A DNA stretch of 63,935 nt, filler included, from Diploschistes diacapsis (taxonomy: Eukaryota), in the NCBI GenBank assembly GCA_023645945.1. It is 23 parts of 23 records of this genome, joined end to end, with 100 filler letters (N's around TTAATTAATTAA, not from the genome) between each part and the next. Parts side by side here need not be neighbours in the genome. Positions count along the whole stretch, not along the records: positions 49,327 to 50,454 come from JALAIB010003861.1; positions 50,555 to 51,681 come from JALAIB010003862.1; positions 51,782 to 52,908 come from JALAIB010003863.1; positions 53,009 to 54,135 come from JALAIB010003864.1; positions 54,236 to 55,362 come from JALAIB010003865.1; positions 55,463 to 56,588 come from JALAIB010003866.1; positions 56,689 to 57,814 come from JALAIB010003867.1; positions 57,915 to 59,039 come from JALAIB010003868.1; 15 more parts are not named here. The stretch is one strand, 5' to 3'. A program made the position numbers and the translations under genes. The notes beneath the pieces are model-generated. The model did not search any database. It saw nothing but the letters and a program-made list of their open reading frames with translations, and had not been told where the DNA came from. Shown piece after piece: positions 49,327-62,416 of the stretch. Positions within the stretch are counted from its first letter, which is position 1; every line of letters starts with the position of its first letter.

Positions 49327-49756
49327 CATTTCTAAATTAACGTATAAAATAATAATTCTTGAAATCGAGATCAAGACATTTCGTACGGTAAATAAAGTAT
49401 TTAATAAACGAAAAAAGGTTAAAAAACGTACATACGAATTAAAGAATCATTAAACGTATTAGAAATAATCGTATTATAATCTTTAAAGATCGAAATTCGT
49501 ATAAAAAAAACTAATATATTTCAAAATAAAGATCGTACGAAGGAAATCGGATTACGCGTACGACGTTATAATAACTATAATCAATCCGGGCATAATACGC
49601 GAACTTAGGAAATAGAATTTATTACTTTTAAAGAAAATATTAATAATTAATATAATGAATTATCGTACGAATTAATTACGTCAATATAATTACAACTCGT
49701 ACGGATCGAGAAGGGTGTCCGCTCGCTATGAGTGTCCGCTCGCTATGCATATACGT
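49327..49756 (+). mobile_element. Right end of the Fot1/pogo family seen at 17949
   Basis: Inverted TIR GTGTCCGCTCGCTATGAGTGTCCGCTCGCTATGCATATACGT followed by TA; RIP-mutated C-terminal zinc-knuckle relic (..QSGHNTRT). Confidence 0.85.
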
Positions 49757-50117
49757 TAATTAATAAAAGCATGCATAATTTTAGAATAATTATGCATAAC
49801 GTGTTTGACGGGGAAGTGGGCCACCCCCAGAAGTGGGCCACTTTTGCCAAGAAAACTTTTTATTCTTCAATAATTCTTCGAAATTAGCCGTTATTTTTGT
49901 TCTTTTTTTCGAAATACTATTTTCCGACCATTTTCTATTATATTTAAAAAGTGCACATTCATTATGTCAGCCGTTAATTTTTTTAAGCGAATTAAAAATA
50001 ACGACTCGAAAGAACGGATCTTCCAATTCATTGAAATCTGCGATAACGGAATAAAAATTATTTTTTTAAATATATAATTACGAGCGGTTCTATGCCTAGA
50101 TTTTAATAAACATAATA

Positions 50118-50454
50118 AAAAACGCTTTTCCGACGTTATACTGTCGTTGTGTGGCTTTATTCTTTAAAATCTGACAGACCGCAAATGATTTGGGTACACG
50201 ACGGCCAGTTGTAACAGCGGGGGGAAGTGCCTAATAGGTAGCGCTATCCCACTGAGCCAAAAGACTAACCACAATGCTTTCAGGAACCCCGAAGCACTGT
50301 TTCCCTATTACACTATATGTAGGTGCTTGGCTGTGGCAGTAGGCGGCAGATGTGTAACCCCGCAGGCCTTACACCAGTATTCGCTTAATTTAAAATGACT
50401 AAATAATAATGAAAAAGGCCACACAACGACAGTATAACGTCGAAAAAGAGTTTT
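50118..50454. mobile_element. MITE-like element with ~40-bp inverted ends
   Basis: CTTTTCCGACGTTATACTGTCGTTGTGTGGC near 50124 and its inverse GCCACACAACGACAGTATAACGTCGAAAAAG near 50418. Confidence 0.65.
50210..50373. mobile_element. 164-bp solo LTR with 5-bp TSD
   Basis: TGTAA...TTACA termini flanked by CCAGT on both sides (50205-50209, 50374-50378). Confidence 0.85.
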
Positions 50455-50719
50455 NNNNNNNNNNNNNNNNNNNNNNNNNNNNNNNNNNNNNNNNNNNNTT
50501 AATTAATTAANNNNNNNNNNNNNNNNNNNNNNNNNNNNNNNNNNNNNNNNNNNNAACACAAACGACGCTTTAATAACTATAAATATTTAAAACACTAAAA
50601 AGCTATATAACACAAAATATTATTATTAATATATAATAACGAGATATCGAACAATTTTCATCAATTAAAACATTAAAAAGTCATATAACGCTTATAATTA
50701 ATAAATAAAAAATAACGAA

Positions 50720-51411
50720 CGACGTTGATTCAAAACCGACGCGTATCAATATCCTAAAGAATTACAAGGAGGCCGTAAATGATCCAATCTTCGGGCAAGA
50801 ACGGGAAACAGCAATAAAGAGAAAATACAACTCTTTATCATTAAATCAAACCTAGACTGAACCACCTAAACCACCTAAACCCATCAATATCGAAAAGTAT
50901 AACTTCAATAAAAACATCGAGAAATTCAGAGCTAGATTAGTCGCAAGGAAATTCTCGCAAAAACAGAAGATCGATTTCGATAAAACATTGATTCTTACTA
51001 TTTAAGCCAATTCGCTACAGATCCTATTAACAGTTAATATAACTAAAGATCTAAAATATTATTAAATAGACGTTAATAACGTCTTTATCGAAAAATTATT
51101 AACGTATTAAATCTATATAACCGTACTAAAAGGATATAACGTCTTAAAAGGCACCGTATTTAAAATAAATAAGAACCTATATAAGCTTTTATTAATCTTA
51201 AGCACGATGTCTTTCGGAACGCTATATCTTTCTAATCCGATCATATAAATCTAATATATTAATAATATTTCGATAAACGCGTTATTAACGTCTATTTAAT
51301 AATATTTTAGATCTTTGATTATTATAATCGTTAATAAAATCCGTAGCGAGTCGGCTCGAGTAATAGAAATAAATATCTTATCGAAATCGATATCTTGCCT
51401 TTACGAGAACC
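50720..51411. mobile_element. Two oppositely oriented Copia RT relics
   Basis: Plus-strand PKNYKEA..FRARLVAR.FSQ..IDFDKT..DVNN.F; ~51240-51411 is an inverted homolog of ~50950-51120. Confidence 0.8.
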
Positions 51412-53291
51412 TGTTACGATCCAAGTACCAGACTTGGCACGTCCCAGCTTTGTTGTATATAGATCAGTCACGGGACGGGGGATCACGTGATACGCTTACT
51501 ACTCGCGTTCATTCTTATAAACGGCGAGTAAACTTTTGTTACCGCTCGATAATCGCGCTTATTCTCGTGAACGGCGAGCCTCGAGGATACCGCTCGTTAA
51601 ACTTACGATAAACGACGAGCGAGTTAATTATATATAAACACGATTCTATTTTCGTAAAAAAGAATATATTTATTTTTATAANNNNNNNNNNNNNNNNNNN
51701 NNNNNNNNNNNNNNNNNNNNNNNNNTTAATTAATTAANNNNNNNNNNNNNNNNNNNNNNNNNNNNNNNNNNNNNNNNNNNNATATAGGCCATTTCGCTAG
51801 AGATTATAGATCTAAGAATAAAATCGTAAGAAAAAATATTCTAACCGCGACAGATTAATATTTTAACGTAATTACACGAATTCTTATAAAGGATCTAATA
51901 TTCGATATATGCTTTTAAAAAAAATCATAATTATATCGGATAACATAATTTGACAGGACGATACCGACGAATCTGTTTGGCAACACAATGGATATATTGA
52001 AGTCTAGAGGTCTTATCTAGGAGGTCATCCTACTTTGCAGACTTTTATCCTCGTGGGATACGCTAAGCCCTATTACCTACAATATTCCTTATTCGGTCTA
52101 GTTAAAATTCCAAGAAATTCAGCTAAACTGAACTTCGGAATTCAATTAAACTAAATCTCCATCTAAAATTGAATTATATTCCCAGCCATACCTTCTACCT
52201 ATCTGCTCAATACTCCCCCACAGGCGGAATCATCCGGTATATCTATATAATTCAACTAGATATCTTTTAGATTAAACCGAGTCCTTTAATAAAGGCGTCG
52301 TGCTTCGAGTAATTTAGTGATTTTATAAACCTATCAACAACAATTTTATCGGTAAGGATATAAAACACCCTAATACGTCTTTACTTAATAAAATCTCGTA
52401 CGTAATGATAAGCAATATCGACGTGTTTTGAACGATCGTTGATCCTTACGTGTTTTATTAAATTTAAAGAACCAATATTATCGCCGAATAGATTGATAGT
52501 ATATAAAAATGGTCCTATATGATCAGAATAAATAATATCTTTCAAAAACTATAAGTATTATAAGACTTATTTAGCGGCGTGAGATAAACCAATAATACTT
52601 AGCTTTTATAATTAAAGTTAAAATTAAACTCTAGTTCTTACTTATTTAAGATATTAATCTACCGTAACGTGTTTGACGGGGAGTTGGGCCACCCCCCCAT
52701 CTGGGCCACCTCACATTGCGATATTCATCATTCTTTCGGTTTTTCTCGATAATGGCCGCTTCGCTTTAAAACAACTCGATATTATTAAAATCGGACATTA
52801 ACGACTATTTATAGGCTCTAAATTTTTAATAATATATTAATATTCGAGCGACCGTCCGCGCATTTAAAGTTCCTCGATCGATTATTATAAATCGATTTAA
52901 TAAAATATNNNNNNNNNNNNNNNNNNNNNNNNNNNNNNNNNNNNNNNNNNNNTTAATTAATTAANNNNNNNNNNNNNNNNNNNNNNNNNNNNNNNNNNNN
53001 NNNNNNNNCTTTAAAGGGTATATAGTATAGTTTATTATTAAACTTATTTATTATAACTTAAATGCTGTCATATAGAACATCTGTCACTGGATCCTTAAAT
53101 ATTAACAGTTTAACTATAAAGTCCATCGTGATTAGCTTCTATAATTAATCTAGTTTTTCGATAGTTTATAGAATCCCGTATCTTTTATACGTAAAATGTT
53201 TATTTTTCTAACAGCTCTCGTATTATTTAATGAAATTTATAACTTCTTATTTTATTCCTTCGAAATAATAGTTTCGTTAAATAGCTCTAAT

Positions 53292-53772
53292 TAGGCTGGC
53301 CGTTTCGTGCCACGGACACTAACACGGACACCGCAGCAAAAATTTTCTCGGCACGGACATTAACACGGACACTGCATTGCGGTGAAAGCACGGACACGGA
53401 CACCGCAGTAAAAAATTTTAAAACACGGACACTGACACGGATATTATATTATAATGAAAACACGGACACGGACATCGTAGCAAAATTTTTTAAAACACGG
53501 ATATTAATACGAACATTATATTTCCGGGAATCCACGGACACGGAAACCGTAGTATAATTTTTTAAAAAAAAAAGCGTGAGAAATAAGCGTGATAATTCTA
53601 GAATTATTAAAATAAAAAAGTTATTTAAAAGTGTTTCGGTGAATACACGGACACGGATATTATAATAAAAAAATTTCCGACACGGACACGGACACGGATA
53701 TTATATTATATTAAAAACACGAACACGGATACCGTAGCAAAAATTTTTAAAACACGGACATTAATACGGACA
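53292..53772 (+). mobile_element. hAT-like transposon terminus with CACGGA subterminal repeats; inverse copy at 54236-54669
   Basis: Terminus TAGGCTGGCCGTTTCGTGCC and many (A)CACGGA(C) units; interrupted by an LTR A copy at 53773. Confidence 0.6.
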
Positions 53773-54684
53773 TGTTACGATCCAAGTACCAGACTTGGCA
53801 CGTCCCAGCTTTATATATAGATCAGTCACGAGACCAGGGGTCACGTGGTGCGCTTACTACTCGCGCTCATTCTCGTAAGCGGCGAGTAAGCTTTCGTCAC
53901 TACTCGATGATCGCGCTTATTCTTATAAACGGTGAACCTCGGGAACATCGTTCGTTAAATTTGCAGTAAACGGCGAGCGAATTAATTATATATAAACACG
54001 ATTCTATTTTCGTGAAAGAAGATATATTTATTTTTATAAATATTTTTAATTATTACTCGGAATCAATTTATATTTATTATTTTTATTAATAAAGAACCTT
54101 CTTTTTAAAAATAATTTAAGATTTATAATTATTTTNNNNNNNNNNNNNNNNNNNNNNNNNNNNNNNNNNNNNNNNNNNNTTAATTAATTAANNNNNNNNN
54201 NNNNNNNNNNNNNNNNNNNNNNNNNNNNNNNNNNNGTCCGTGTCCGTATTAATGTCAATGTTTTAAAATTTTTAATTGCAGTGTCCGTGTTCGTGCTTTT
54301 ATTATAGTATAATATTCGTGTTAATGTCCGTGTCGGAAATTTTTTTATTGCGGTTTCCGTGTCCGTGCATTTACCGAAATACTTTAAATTATTTTTTTAA
54401 TTTTAATAATTCTAGAATTATCACGTTTATTTCTTACGTTTTTATTTTTTTAAAATTTTTTTATTGCGGTGTTTCGATGGATTCACCGTAGTATTTCGGT
54501 GGATTTACGGAAATGTAATGTCCGTATTAGTATTAATATTTTAAAATTTTTAATTATAATGTCCGTGTTCGTGTTTTTATTGTAGTATAGTATCCGTGTT
54601 AGTATTCGTGTTTTAAAATTTTAGCTGTAGTGTCCGTGTTAGTGACCGTGGCACGAAACGGCCAGCCTAAATATAAATATTAGG

Positions 54685-55346
54685 CCTATTGAGGTTCGGG
54701 AATTATTTATTTATACAATTATTTCCTAATCCTATCGTGTCTTGGCAAGCATCTGGGCATTAACCCTGCCGTGGCTTGGCAAGCCCCTGGGCACTAACCC
54801 TGCCGTGGCTTGGCAAGCCCAGCTTGGCAGGCCCCTGGGCTGGGGTGTCTCAAGAATCAGCTGAACCACGTTAAACCATCTTAATATCTCCGATAATAAT
54901 CGATATCCAACTTTATCACTATTAAACCGACTCGATACTTTCCGATAACCTTCGATACCTAACAGAATTACTACTTACGCTATTAAATCTAATCGAATCT
55001 CTTATCAATTATTTGAGACAGCCCAGCCCAGGGGCCTGCCAAGCTGGGCTTGCCAAGCCACGGCAGGGTTAGTGCCCAGGGGCTTGCTAAGCCACGGCAG
55101 GATTAATGCCCAGGTGCTTGTCAAGACACGGTAGGGTTAAGGGATAGTTATGTAAATGGGTAGTTCTCGAACCCCGGTAGGCTTAATATTCATATTATTT
55201 AACGGTGCCTTCTTCTTATTTAAATAGTTTTTTCTTTAGTTTTTCGAATCGAGACCTTTTATCTATAGATATCTAGCTATATTTAATCCTTCCGGATCAG
55301 GTTCAGCCTCCGGTAGAGTAGCATCCTTTCCTGCGCTGGCGTTTCA
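54685..55346. mobile_element. Two inverted LTR family B copies (~54685-54852 minus, 55014-55346 plus)
   Basis: TGAGACA...GCGTTTCA termini and GCCAAGCCACGGCAGGG tandem units. Confidence 0.8.
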
Positions 55347-55462
55347 ATTCTCGATAATAGATNNNNNNNNNNNNNNNNNNNNNNNNNNNNNNNNNNNNNN
55401 NNNNNNTTAATTAATTAANNNNNNNNNNNNNNNNNNNNNNNNNNNNNNNNNNNNNNNNNNNN

Positions 55463-56224
55463 GCCGTACGGAGCGTATTTAGATTAATAAATACGAGACT
55501 TATCGAACGAGAATTCGAAGGCGTAAACGTACGAAATTTAAAATTTAAACTATTTATTATCTTTTTTATGTCGTACGGAATAAGTTAAATGATTTTAAAG
55601 TCTATTCGTACGTTCTTTAAATTTATAGTTATATAAAAAGCCCGTTCAAAGATAAAAAAGAAATCGTTTTTAATAATACGTACGTATTATTTGCTCGATT
55701 TCCTTACCGTACGCAATTGTAAGCGGTTTAAAACCTCCAGTATTAAAAGACCGAAGGATATGCGATAAATAAATAGACATATAGAACGAAATAATGATAT
55801 TATCTTTATAATAGTTTGTAAAATCGATCGTACGATGGCTATTATAACCATTAAGGATTAATAAAGGATATCTATTTATCGTACGAGGTTTGAATAGTTC
55901 TGAAAATGTTTTAGTTAAACTTATTGCTTTTTAATAATCGATTTTACGTTTAAATCGCATTTTAAACATTTCTTGCCTTCGTACGAAATTTTATATTTAT
56001 CGTGGTCCGATCGGCCGCGTATTTCGAACTACGCGCATTAAGTTGGTTATATCGCGTATATCGTCCTGTCGCGGCGGGAAATCACATTCGATTAAATTAA
56101 TTGTACGTTTAAGAATCGTTTCTTCTTCTAACACGGTTATATTTATTGAGTTAACTGAAATATCGTGTCTTAAAGTACGACCATCACGTCGAGCAATAAG
56201 CGTCGTACGTGGAACCTTGTAAAG
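55463..56224 (-). mobile_element. Fot1/pogo transposase relic, same family as 17949-19040
   Basis: Reverse-complement homology to ~18140-18440 and ~18800-19040. Confidence 0.8.
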
Positions 56225-56226
56225 TA

Positions 56227-56588
56227 CTAGGCATAAAGTTTTTGCCCCCTCCCGACCACCAAAAAATTATCTACTTTTTGAACGCACCTAACTTTATCAA
56301 TATTAAAGATAATTAAATAATTTTTTATGCATAGGAAAGCCAGATATCTAATGTTGTTTCAGTATTTAGTAATCCTTTCTTTTTCAAATCTGCAAGCATT
56401 CAGCCGCTGCTGCATTGAATCGAATAATCGCTGCAGTAAATCCAGTGAATTATTATTTAAAATATTTCTAAAAGCATTCCTAATCGTTACTTTAAATGTT
56501 GCTTTGATCTTGTCTCTACTTCTTACCTTTATTTTAAGCTTAGGATGAAGCTCGTAAACCACGTGTTTTACCCTCCATTAAAAATATT
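56227..56588 (-). mobile_element. 3' end of a Tc1-like transposon inserted at a TA within the Fot1 relic
   Basis: C-terminal LQRLFDSMQQRLNAC....ITKY motif typical of Tc1 transposases; terminus TA-CTAGGCATAAAGTTTTTGCCCC. Confidence 0.65.
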
Positions 56589-58173
56589 NNNNNNNNNNNN
56601 NNNNNNNNNNNNNNNNNNNNNNNNNNNNNNNNTTAATTAATTAANNNNNNNNNNNNNNNNNNNNNNNNNNNNNNNNNNNNNNNNNNNNGTCCTATATAGG
56701 TAATACGTGCATACCATAATTAATAACTGGTTTTATTCAATTAAACTTTTAGGTTCAATTCAAATTCAATTATTTTTGCTAGGTACGCCGTTACAACATA
56801 TAGATATTCTCTTTTAACAATCTTGCTTATATAATACACTCCATTCTTTTTCTTACACGTAAGAATGATCCGTCCTTCGCCATTATATAGATATAAGCCA
56901 TCTTAATCAAAACTTCCCCGTAGGTTTGTTGTTACGATCCAAGGTACTGTTCGGTAGTACTTGGCACGCAACAGCTAGTCGGGTACTTCCCAGTTATTCC
57001 TTATATATAGTCCAATTAGGGTGACACGGGTCACGTGACGAGTAGAAGGTCTCGGAGATTATTTTACTTAGTCGTGGGTAGACAGAAAGAACGGTAATTT
57101 TATTTATCTATTTGTTTATTTTATTAAGGGAGTTGTTGGTTATATAGGAACGTCGTTATGGCCTTTATGAGTTTAGGGCGTGTTCATTTTTATAGATATC
57201 TTGAGTTATTGTTCGGGATCAATTTATATTCGTTACTTTTATTATTTTAGAGCTTTCTTATTAGAAATAGTTTAAGATTTGTGATTGTTTTATCTTTTTC
57301 TTTTGTTATATTTCTTTTCTAATAGAGATTAAATTTATCTTGATTTTATTCGTGTATATTTTGTATAGATAGAGATTATAACACTTAAATATCTTTAAGA
57401 ATAAGTGTTATTAATAATATGACCGGGCGATCGTTATCGATAATTAAATCCGCAATATCTCGAGTATTTAGGATAATAACGCCATCGAGTGAAACCGATG
57501 TCCTCATAACGGATACTACGGAAGCTAAAAACGATAATTTCGGAAGTAACGATAAACTTAACGAAGATAAATCGTATAAAGAATCTATTATAAAAGTTAT
57601 AAAATTAATAACGTTTTACGAAAATCGAAAGAAATTAAAATATTAAATACTTTAATTTTCAATATATTTCTATTAAAACCCGTATATTATAAACGATAAA
57701 AGGAAACGAACCGTCTTCGCTATAAAATTTATACGTAACCGCGTATTAACATAAATGAAACTTCATGTCAGTTTATAGTCAAATTGTAGTGTGTATAGAA
57801 GATGGATTTCAAAANNNNNNNNNNNNNNNNNNNNNNNNNNNNNNNNNNNNNNNNNNNNTTAATTAATTAANNNNNNNNNNNNNNNNNNNNNNNNNNNNNN
57901 NNNNNNNNNNNNNNGGTCAGGGGCGGGGGAGAGAAGCTGTTCTCTCTGCTTGGAGCATGCGAAGAGCGAGGGAGGGAGGGAGGTGGTAGCTGTTCGTTAC
58001 GAGCAAAGGAAGGCTATTAATATAAGAATTTGCGACAAGCCCTCGGTGAGAGAGAGAGAAAAAAAATAAAATAAAGTATGGAACTGTTTTACTTGCTGCG
58101 AACGATACAATGGTTTTGTAGAGGATTGGTTTTTTTTTTCGGAATCCCTTTCCTGCTTTGGTAAACAGATGTA

Positions 58174-59039
58174 CAGTCACGTGCCAAAAGTAGTTAGGTA
58201 TCAAATAAACAAATACCACCTACCAACTTTATTGAGCCATTGCGCACTTAATAAAGCTTCAATGAATGCGCAAAGTAAATCATTTTAAAGCTCTTAAATA
58301 GTAGATTATATTAATATTTAGTTTGCCATCCTTGCGCGTCGATACAAGCCTCTATTCGCTTCGGCATAGAGTGTATTAATCTAGCAGGTAAATTTTATTT
58401 CCTATCCTCCAGAAGCACCCTAAAAATGTTTCGAATTGCTGCTTTTAAAGTCTCTATCTTCTTCTTCTTACCCTCGCGCATAGTTTTAAGCTCTGGATGA
58501 AGCTTTAAAACCCCCTCTTTAAGCGTAGGCCATAGATGCTCGATAGGGTTCAGATCCGGGCTATAGGGGGAATAATCGAGCGTTTAGACGCCTAATTCTT
58601 CTAGAAGTGCTTTGATATTATTAGCTGTATGTATAGGGGCATTATCTTGCAAAAAAGCTTGTCTAGGCTCGTAGATTTGGGGCATAATATCGCGTAAAAG
58701 TCGATAATATGCTTCGGCGGTGGCTGTTCGTTTGTTTGTGTAGTATTCGTCGAAGAAATATTACACAACGCGCCCGTCTGCCCTCATAAAAGCGATTATT
58801 ATGATGCTCTCCTTGTTCCTAGACCTGGTAGCGATATGCTCGTGCAGCCATTGCTCCCCGGAGTGCCTCCAAACCTATTGTCGCATCTCACCGCTGCCAA
58901 TCTGTATTGAGCATTCATCTGCCCACCAAACATTGGCCCAATCCTCGGCACGCCAGCTCCTATATGCCCTGGAGTACCTTAGGCGTTTTATAGTATCTTT
59001 AGGGTCCAAATAAGGGCGCCAACGCTTTCGATATTTTTT
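58174..59039 (-). mobile_element. Tc1/IS630-like DD34E transposon, pseudogenised
   Basis: TA followed by TIR CAGTCACGTGCCAAAAG; WANVWWADECS and FLQDNAPIHTA...SPDLNPIEHLW, with 34 residues between D and E; internal stops. Confidence 0.9.
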
Positions 59040-62020
59040 NNNNNNNNNNNNNNNNNNNNNNNNNNNNNNNNNNNNNNNNNNNNTTAATTAATTAANNNNN
59101 NNNNNNNNNNNNNNNNNNNNNNNNNNNNNNNNNNNNNNNACACGGGCTTATGTTTTTTACAAAAGAAGTTTATTTCGTTTAATACGACAAGCAAATTCGA
59201 GAAACCGATTAATATTTTTTTATATAAACCGCTCCAATACATCTTATGTCCGCTTTAGGCGAACCCATAACATTTCCACGTAAGAACGATTACGGCGTAT
59301 ATATTCCGAATACTTTAAAATTTTAGAACCAGATAGCATAACGAAACAGAACTTGTCATTAAAAGAATAATATTTATAAAAAAAAGTAGTAAGGATTTTG
59401 TAACGAGCGATAAAACGAGAAAGTTAGATTCGTTCGACGGACCGATTACAAGAAATTAAAAGAAATATCGTTATTTCACGACTTAAAATTCTCTTTTATT
59501 TAATATTTATATTAAACCTTTCGGCGAATCATCGGGCCGATAATATTAAAAAAAAAAGATAATATTACGATCCAAATACCAAACTTAATACGTCTTAACT
59601 TTATATATAAATCAATCACGGGACCAGGGGTCACGTGATGCATTTATTGCTCGCGCTTACTTTTATAAACGGCGAACGGGCTTTCGCCACCGCTCAACGA
59701 TCGCGTTTATTCTTATAAATAACGAGCCTCGAAAATATCGCTCGTTAAACTTATAATAAACGGCGAGCGAGTTAATTATATATAAGCACGATTTTACCTT
59801 CGTGAAAGAAAACGTGTTTATTTTTATAAATATCCTTAACGATTTCTCGAGATCAATTTATATTCGTTATTTTTATCATTTTAGAGCCTTCTTTCTAGAG
59901 ACAATCCGAGACCTATGACTGCTCTATCTTCTTTTCCTACCACATTCCTCTTCTAACAGAAACCAAACCCACCTTGATCCTACTCGTGTATACCTTGTAT
60001 AGATAGAGATCATAACACCTTGTCGTTTCTTCCTTTTTTTCTAAAAGCTTTCTACTTTCGTCGTCGCTTTAAAAGGAATCTACGTCGCCGCGGCAAGCCT
60101 CCTTATCCTTTAAAACGTCGCCCAGTACCGCCTTTCTTTTATCTCTCGTCCTCGTTTTTGATTAATTAGCTCTTAAGTTCTTTAAGAAGATAAAAATTTA
60201 TTTTATTATTATTTCGGAAGTTTACTTTATTACTTTCATCGACGACGAAATTTTTTTTATTTTNNNNNNNNNNNNNNNNNNNNNNNNNNNNNNNNNNNNN
60301 NNNNNNNTTAATTAATTAANNNNNNNNNNNNNNNNNNNNNNNNNNNNNNNNNNNNNNNNNNNNATTTTATTATTATATGGTTAAGGTTTAGGTTCAGATT
60401 TAGATTCTAAACTTTTTAAACTTTCATCGTCTAAATCTTCTATATTATAGACACGTTTGTTTTTATCTTTCTTATCGCGGATGTCTCGGGATCCTTTTCC
60501 TTTCTCTTGCTTCTTATTTTTTGTTACGATGATTATTTTTCTGAACTTTTTGACGAGCTTGCATCGTATCGCGCGATAATTATCGTCATTATAAAATAAA
60601 TATCCTTCTCTTAAGCTAGAATGGCGGCGTCGTTTTTCGTCGGATCGTCTTTAGGAACGAAAACGGAAATTTTTAGAATACTATAATCTTTTATAACGCA
60701 GGGAATATGCTATAATTTCTTCTATTAGCTTATTTTGTTTATCGGTGAGCCTATTGAGCTATCTATCGAAATCGATATTGACGGATAAGATACCATCGAT
60801 CTAGGTGTTAATAACGTCGATAATGATTCCGTAATTAAGCGGCAATACTGTAAGTAATTGCTAAAAAAAACCTTTAATACGTATTTTTCTCGTCTATACA
60901 ATAACTTCTTTAAAAGTTTCATTAAATGCATCTATATTTCCTAAATGATCGTGCTTTCTTTAAATTTATAACTAGCGAATTCAAGATTCAATTATCGACG
61001 TTCAGGTTCAGTTATCGCCTGGTATTTTACCTTCAGAGAATCTCATCTGGCTTTCGTAGTAGCTAAACTACGAAGACGTTCTTGGTTAATTTCTCCCGTA
61101 TAGATCATAATCTAGTGTTACGATCCAAGTACCAGACTTGGCACGTCCCAGCTTTGTATATAGGTCAGTCACGGGACCAGGGGTCACGTGGTGCGCTCAC
61201 TGCTCGCGTTCACTCTCGTGAACGGTAAGCGAGCTTTCGCCACCGCTCGATGATCGCGCTCATTATCGTAAACGGTAAGCTTCGAAAACACCGCTCGTTA
61301 AATTTATAATAAACGGCGAGCGAGTTAATTATATATAAACACGACTATATTTTCGTAAAAAAAGACGTGTTTATTTTTATAAATATTTTTAACGATTATT
61401 CGAGATTAATTTATATTCGTTATTTTTATTATTAAAGAACCTTTTTTTTAAAAATAGTTTAAGATTTATAATTATTTTATCTTCTTTNNNNNNNNNNNNN
61501 NNNNNNNNNNNNNNNNNNNNNNNNNNNNNNNTTAATTAATTAANNNNNNNNNNNNNNNNNNNNNNNNNNNNNNNNNNNNNNNNNNNNTTAATACGTCCTA
61601 GCTTTATATATAGATCAATTACGGGATTAAGGGTCACGTGATACGCTTATTACTCGCGTTTATTCTCGTAAGCGGCGAATAGGTTTTCGTTATCGCTCGA
61701 TAATCGCGTTTATTTTTATAAACGACGAGCTTCGAAAATATCGTTCGTTAAGCTTACGATAAACGGCGAGCGAGTTAATTATATATAAACACGATTTTAT
61801 TTTCGTGAAAAAAGACGTGTTTATTTTTATAAATATCTTAAATTATTATTCGGGATTAATTTATATTCGTTACTTTTATTACCTTAGAGCCTTCTTTTCA
61901 AAGATAGTTCAAGATCTGTAACTATTCTATCTTCTTTTCCTACCACATTCCTCTTCTAATAGAGACCAAACCTACCTTGATCCTACTCGTGTATACCTTG
62001 TATAGCTAGAGATCCTAACA

Positions 62021-62416
62021 GGCAGCAGGCGTCGGGACGGGCGAGAAAACAATATCACGAGCCAGAACGACGGAAATGGCGTTGTAAAATATAAAATTTT
62101 TAAGACCCAGCTCATCGTTGTCGACGACTACATCGAACGTGGCCGCGGCGGCGGCAGGAAGGGCGATAGGGCGCGCAGGGCGAGCAGAGCGAGCAAACAA
62201 CGACGCGTCCATCGCATCTAAAAAAAATTAGAAAGTTAAGATTAAAAATAAAATAAAAAACATATAATCGATCGTTAAATAAATAAATATAATTAGAAAA
62301 AACGCTAGTTTTATAAATACTTATAATTATATACAAATTAATATGACTGAGAAAGTATCTTAAGAATCATAATATTTATTATATAATTTATATATATAGT
62401 AGGCAGAATAAGACTT
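62021..62416 (-). mobile_element. Left-end fragment of the MULE family, interrupted by LTR A
   Basis: Homologous to ~29160-29520, including the ORF start M.ASLFAR.AR.AR..ALPAAAAATFDVV.DNDELG. Confidence 0.8.

Noticed and set aside
17949..49756. One giant (~32 kb) Fot1-bounded element carrying cargo genes
   Set aside because: The matching TIRs are on unrelated contigs separated by many artificial spacers. No Starship-type tyrosine recombinase captain is seen either.
53292..54669. Single intact element with TIRs at 53292 and 54669
   Set aside because: The ends lie on different, artificially joined contigs and the flanks show no matching TSD.
51315..62336. Small ORFs in the AT-rich contigs (e.g. 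51315-51611, 53772-53969, 57419-57646, 60725-60931)
   Set aside because: They are chance or relic frames within RIP-mutated LTR and TE sequence, not functional genes.
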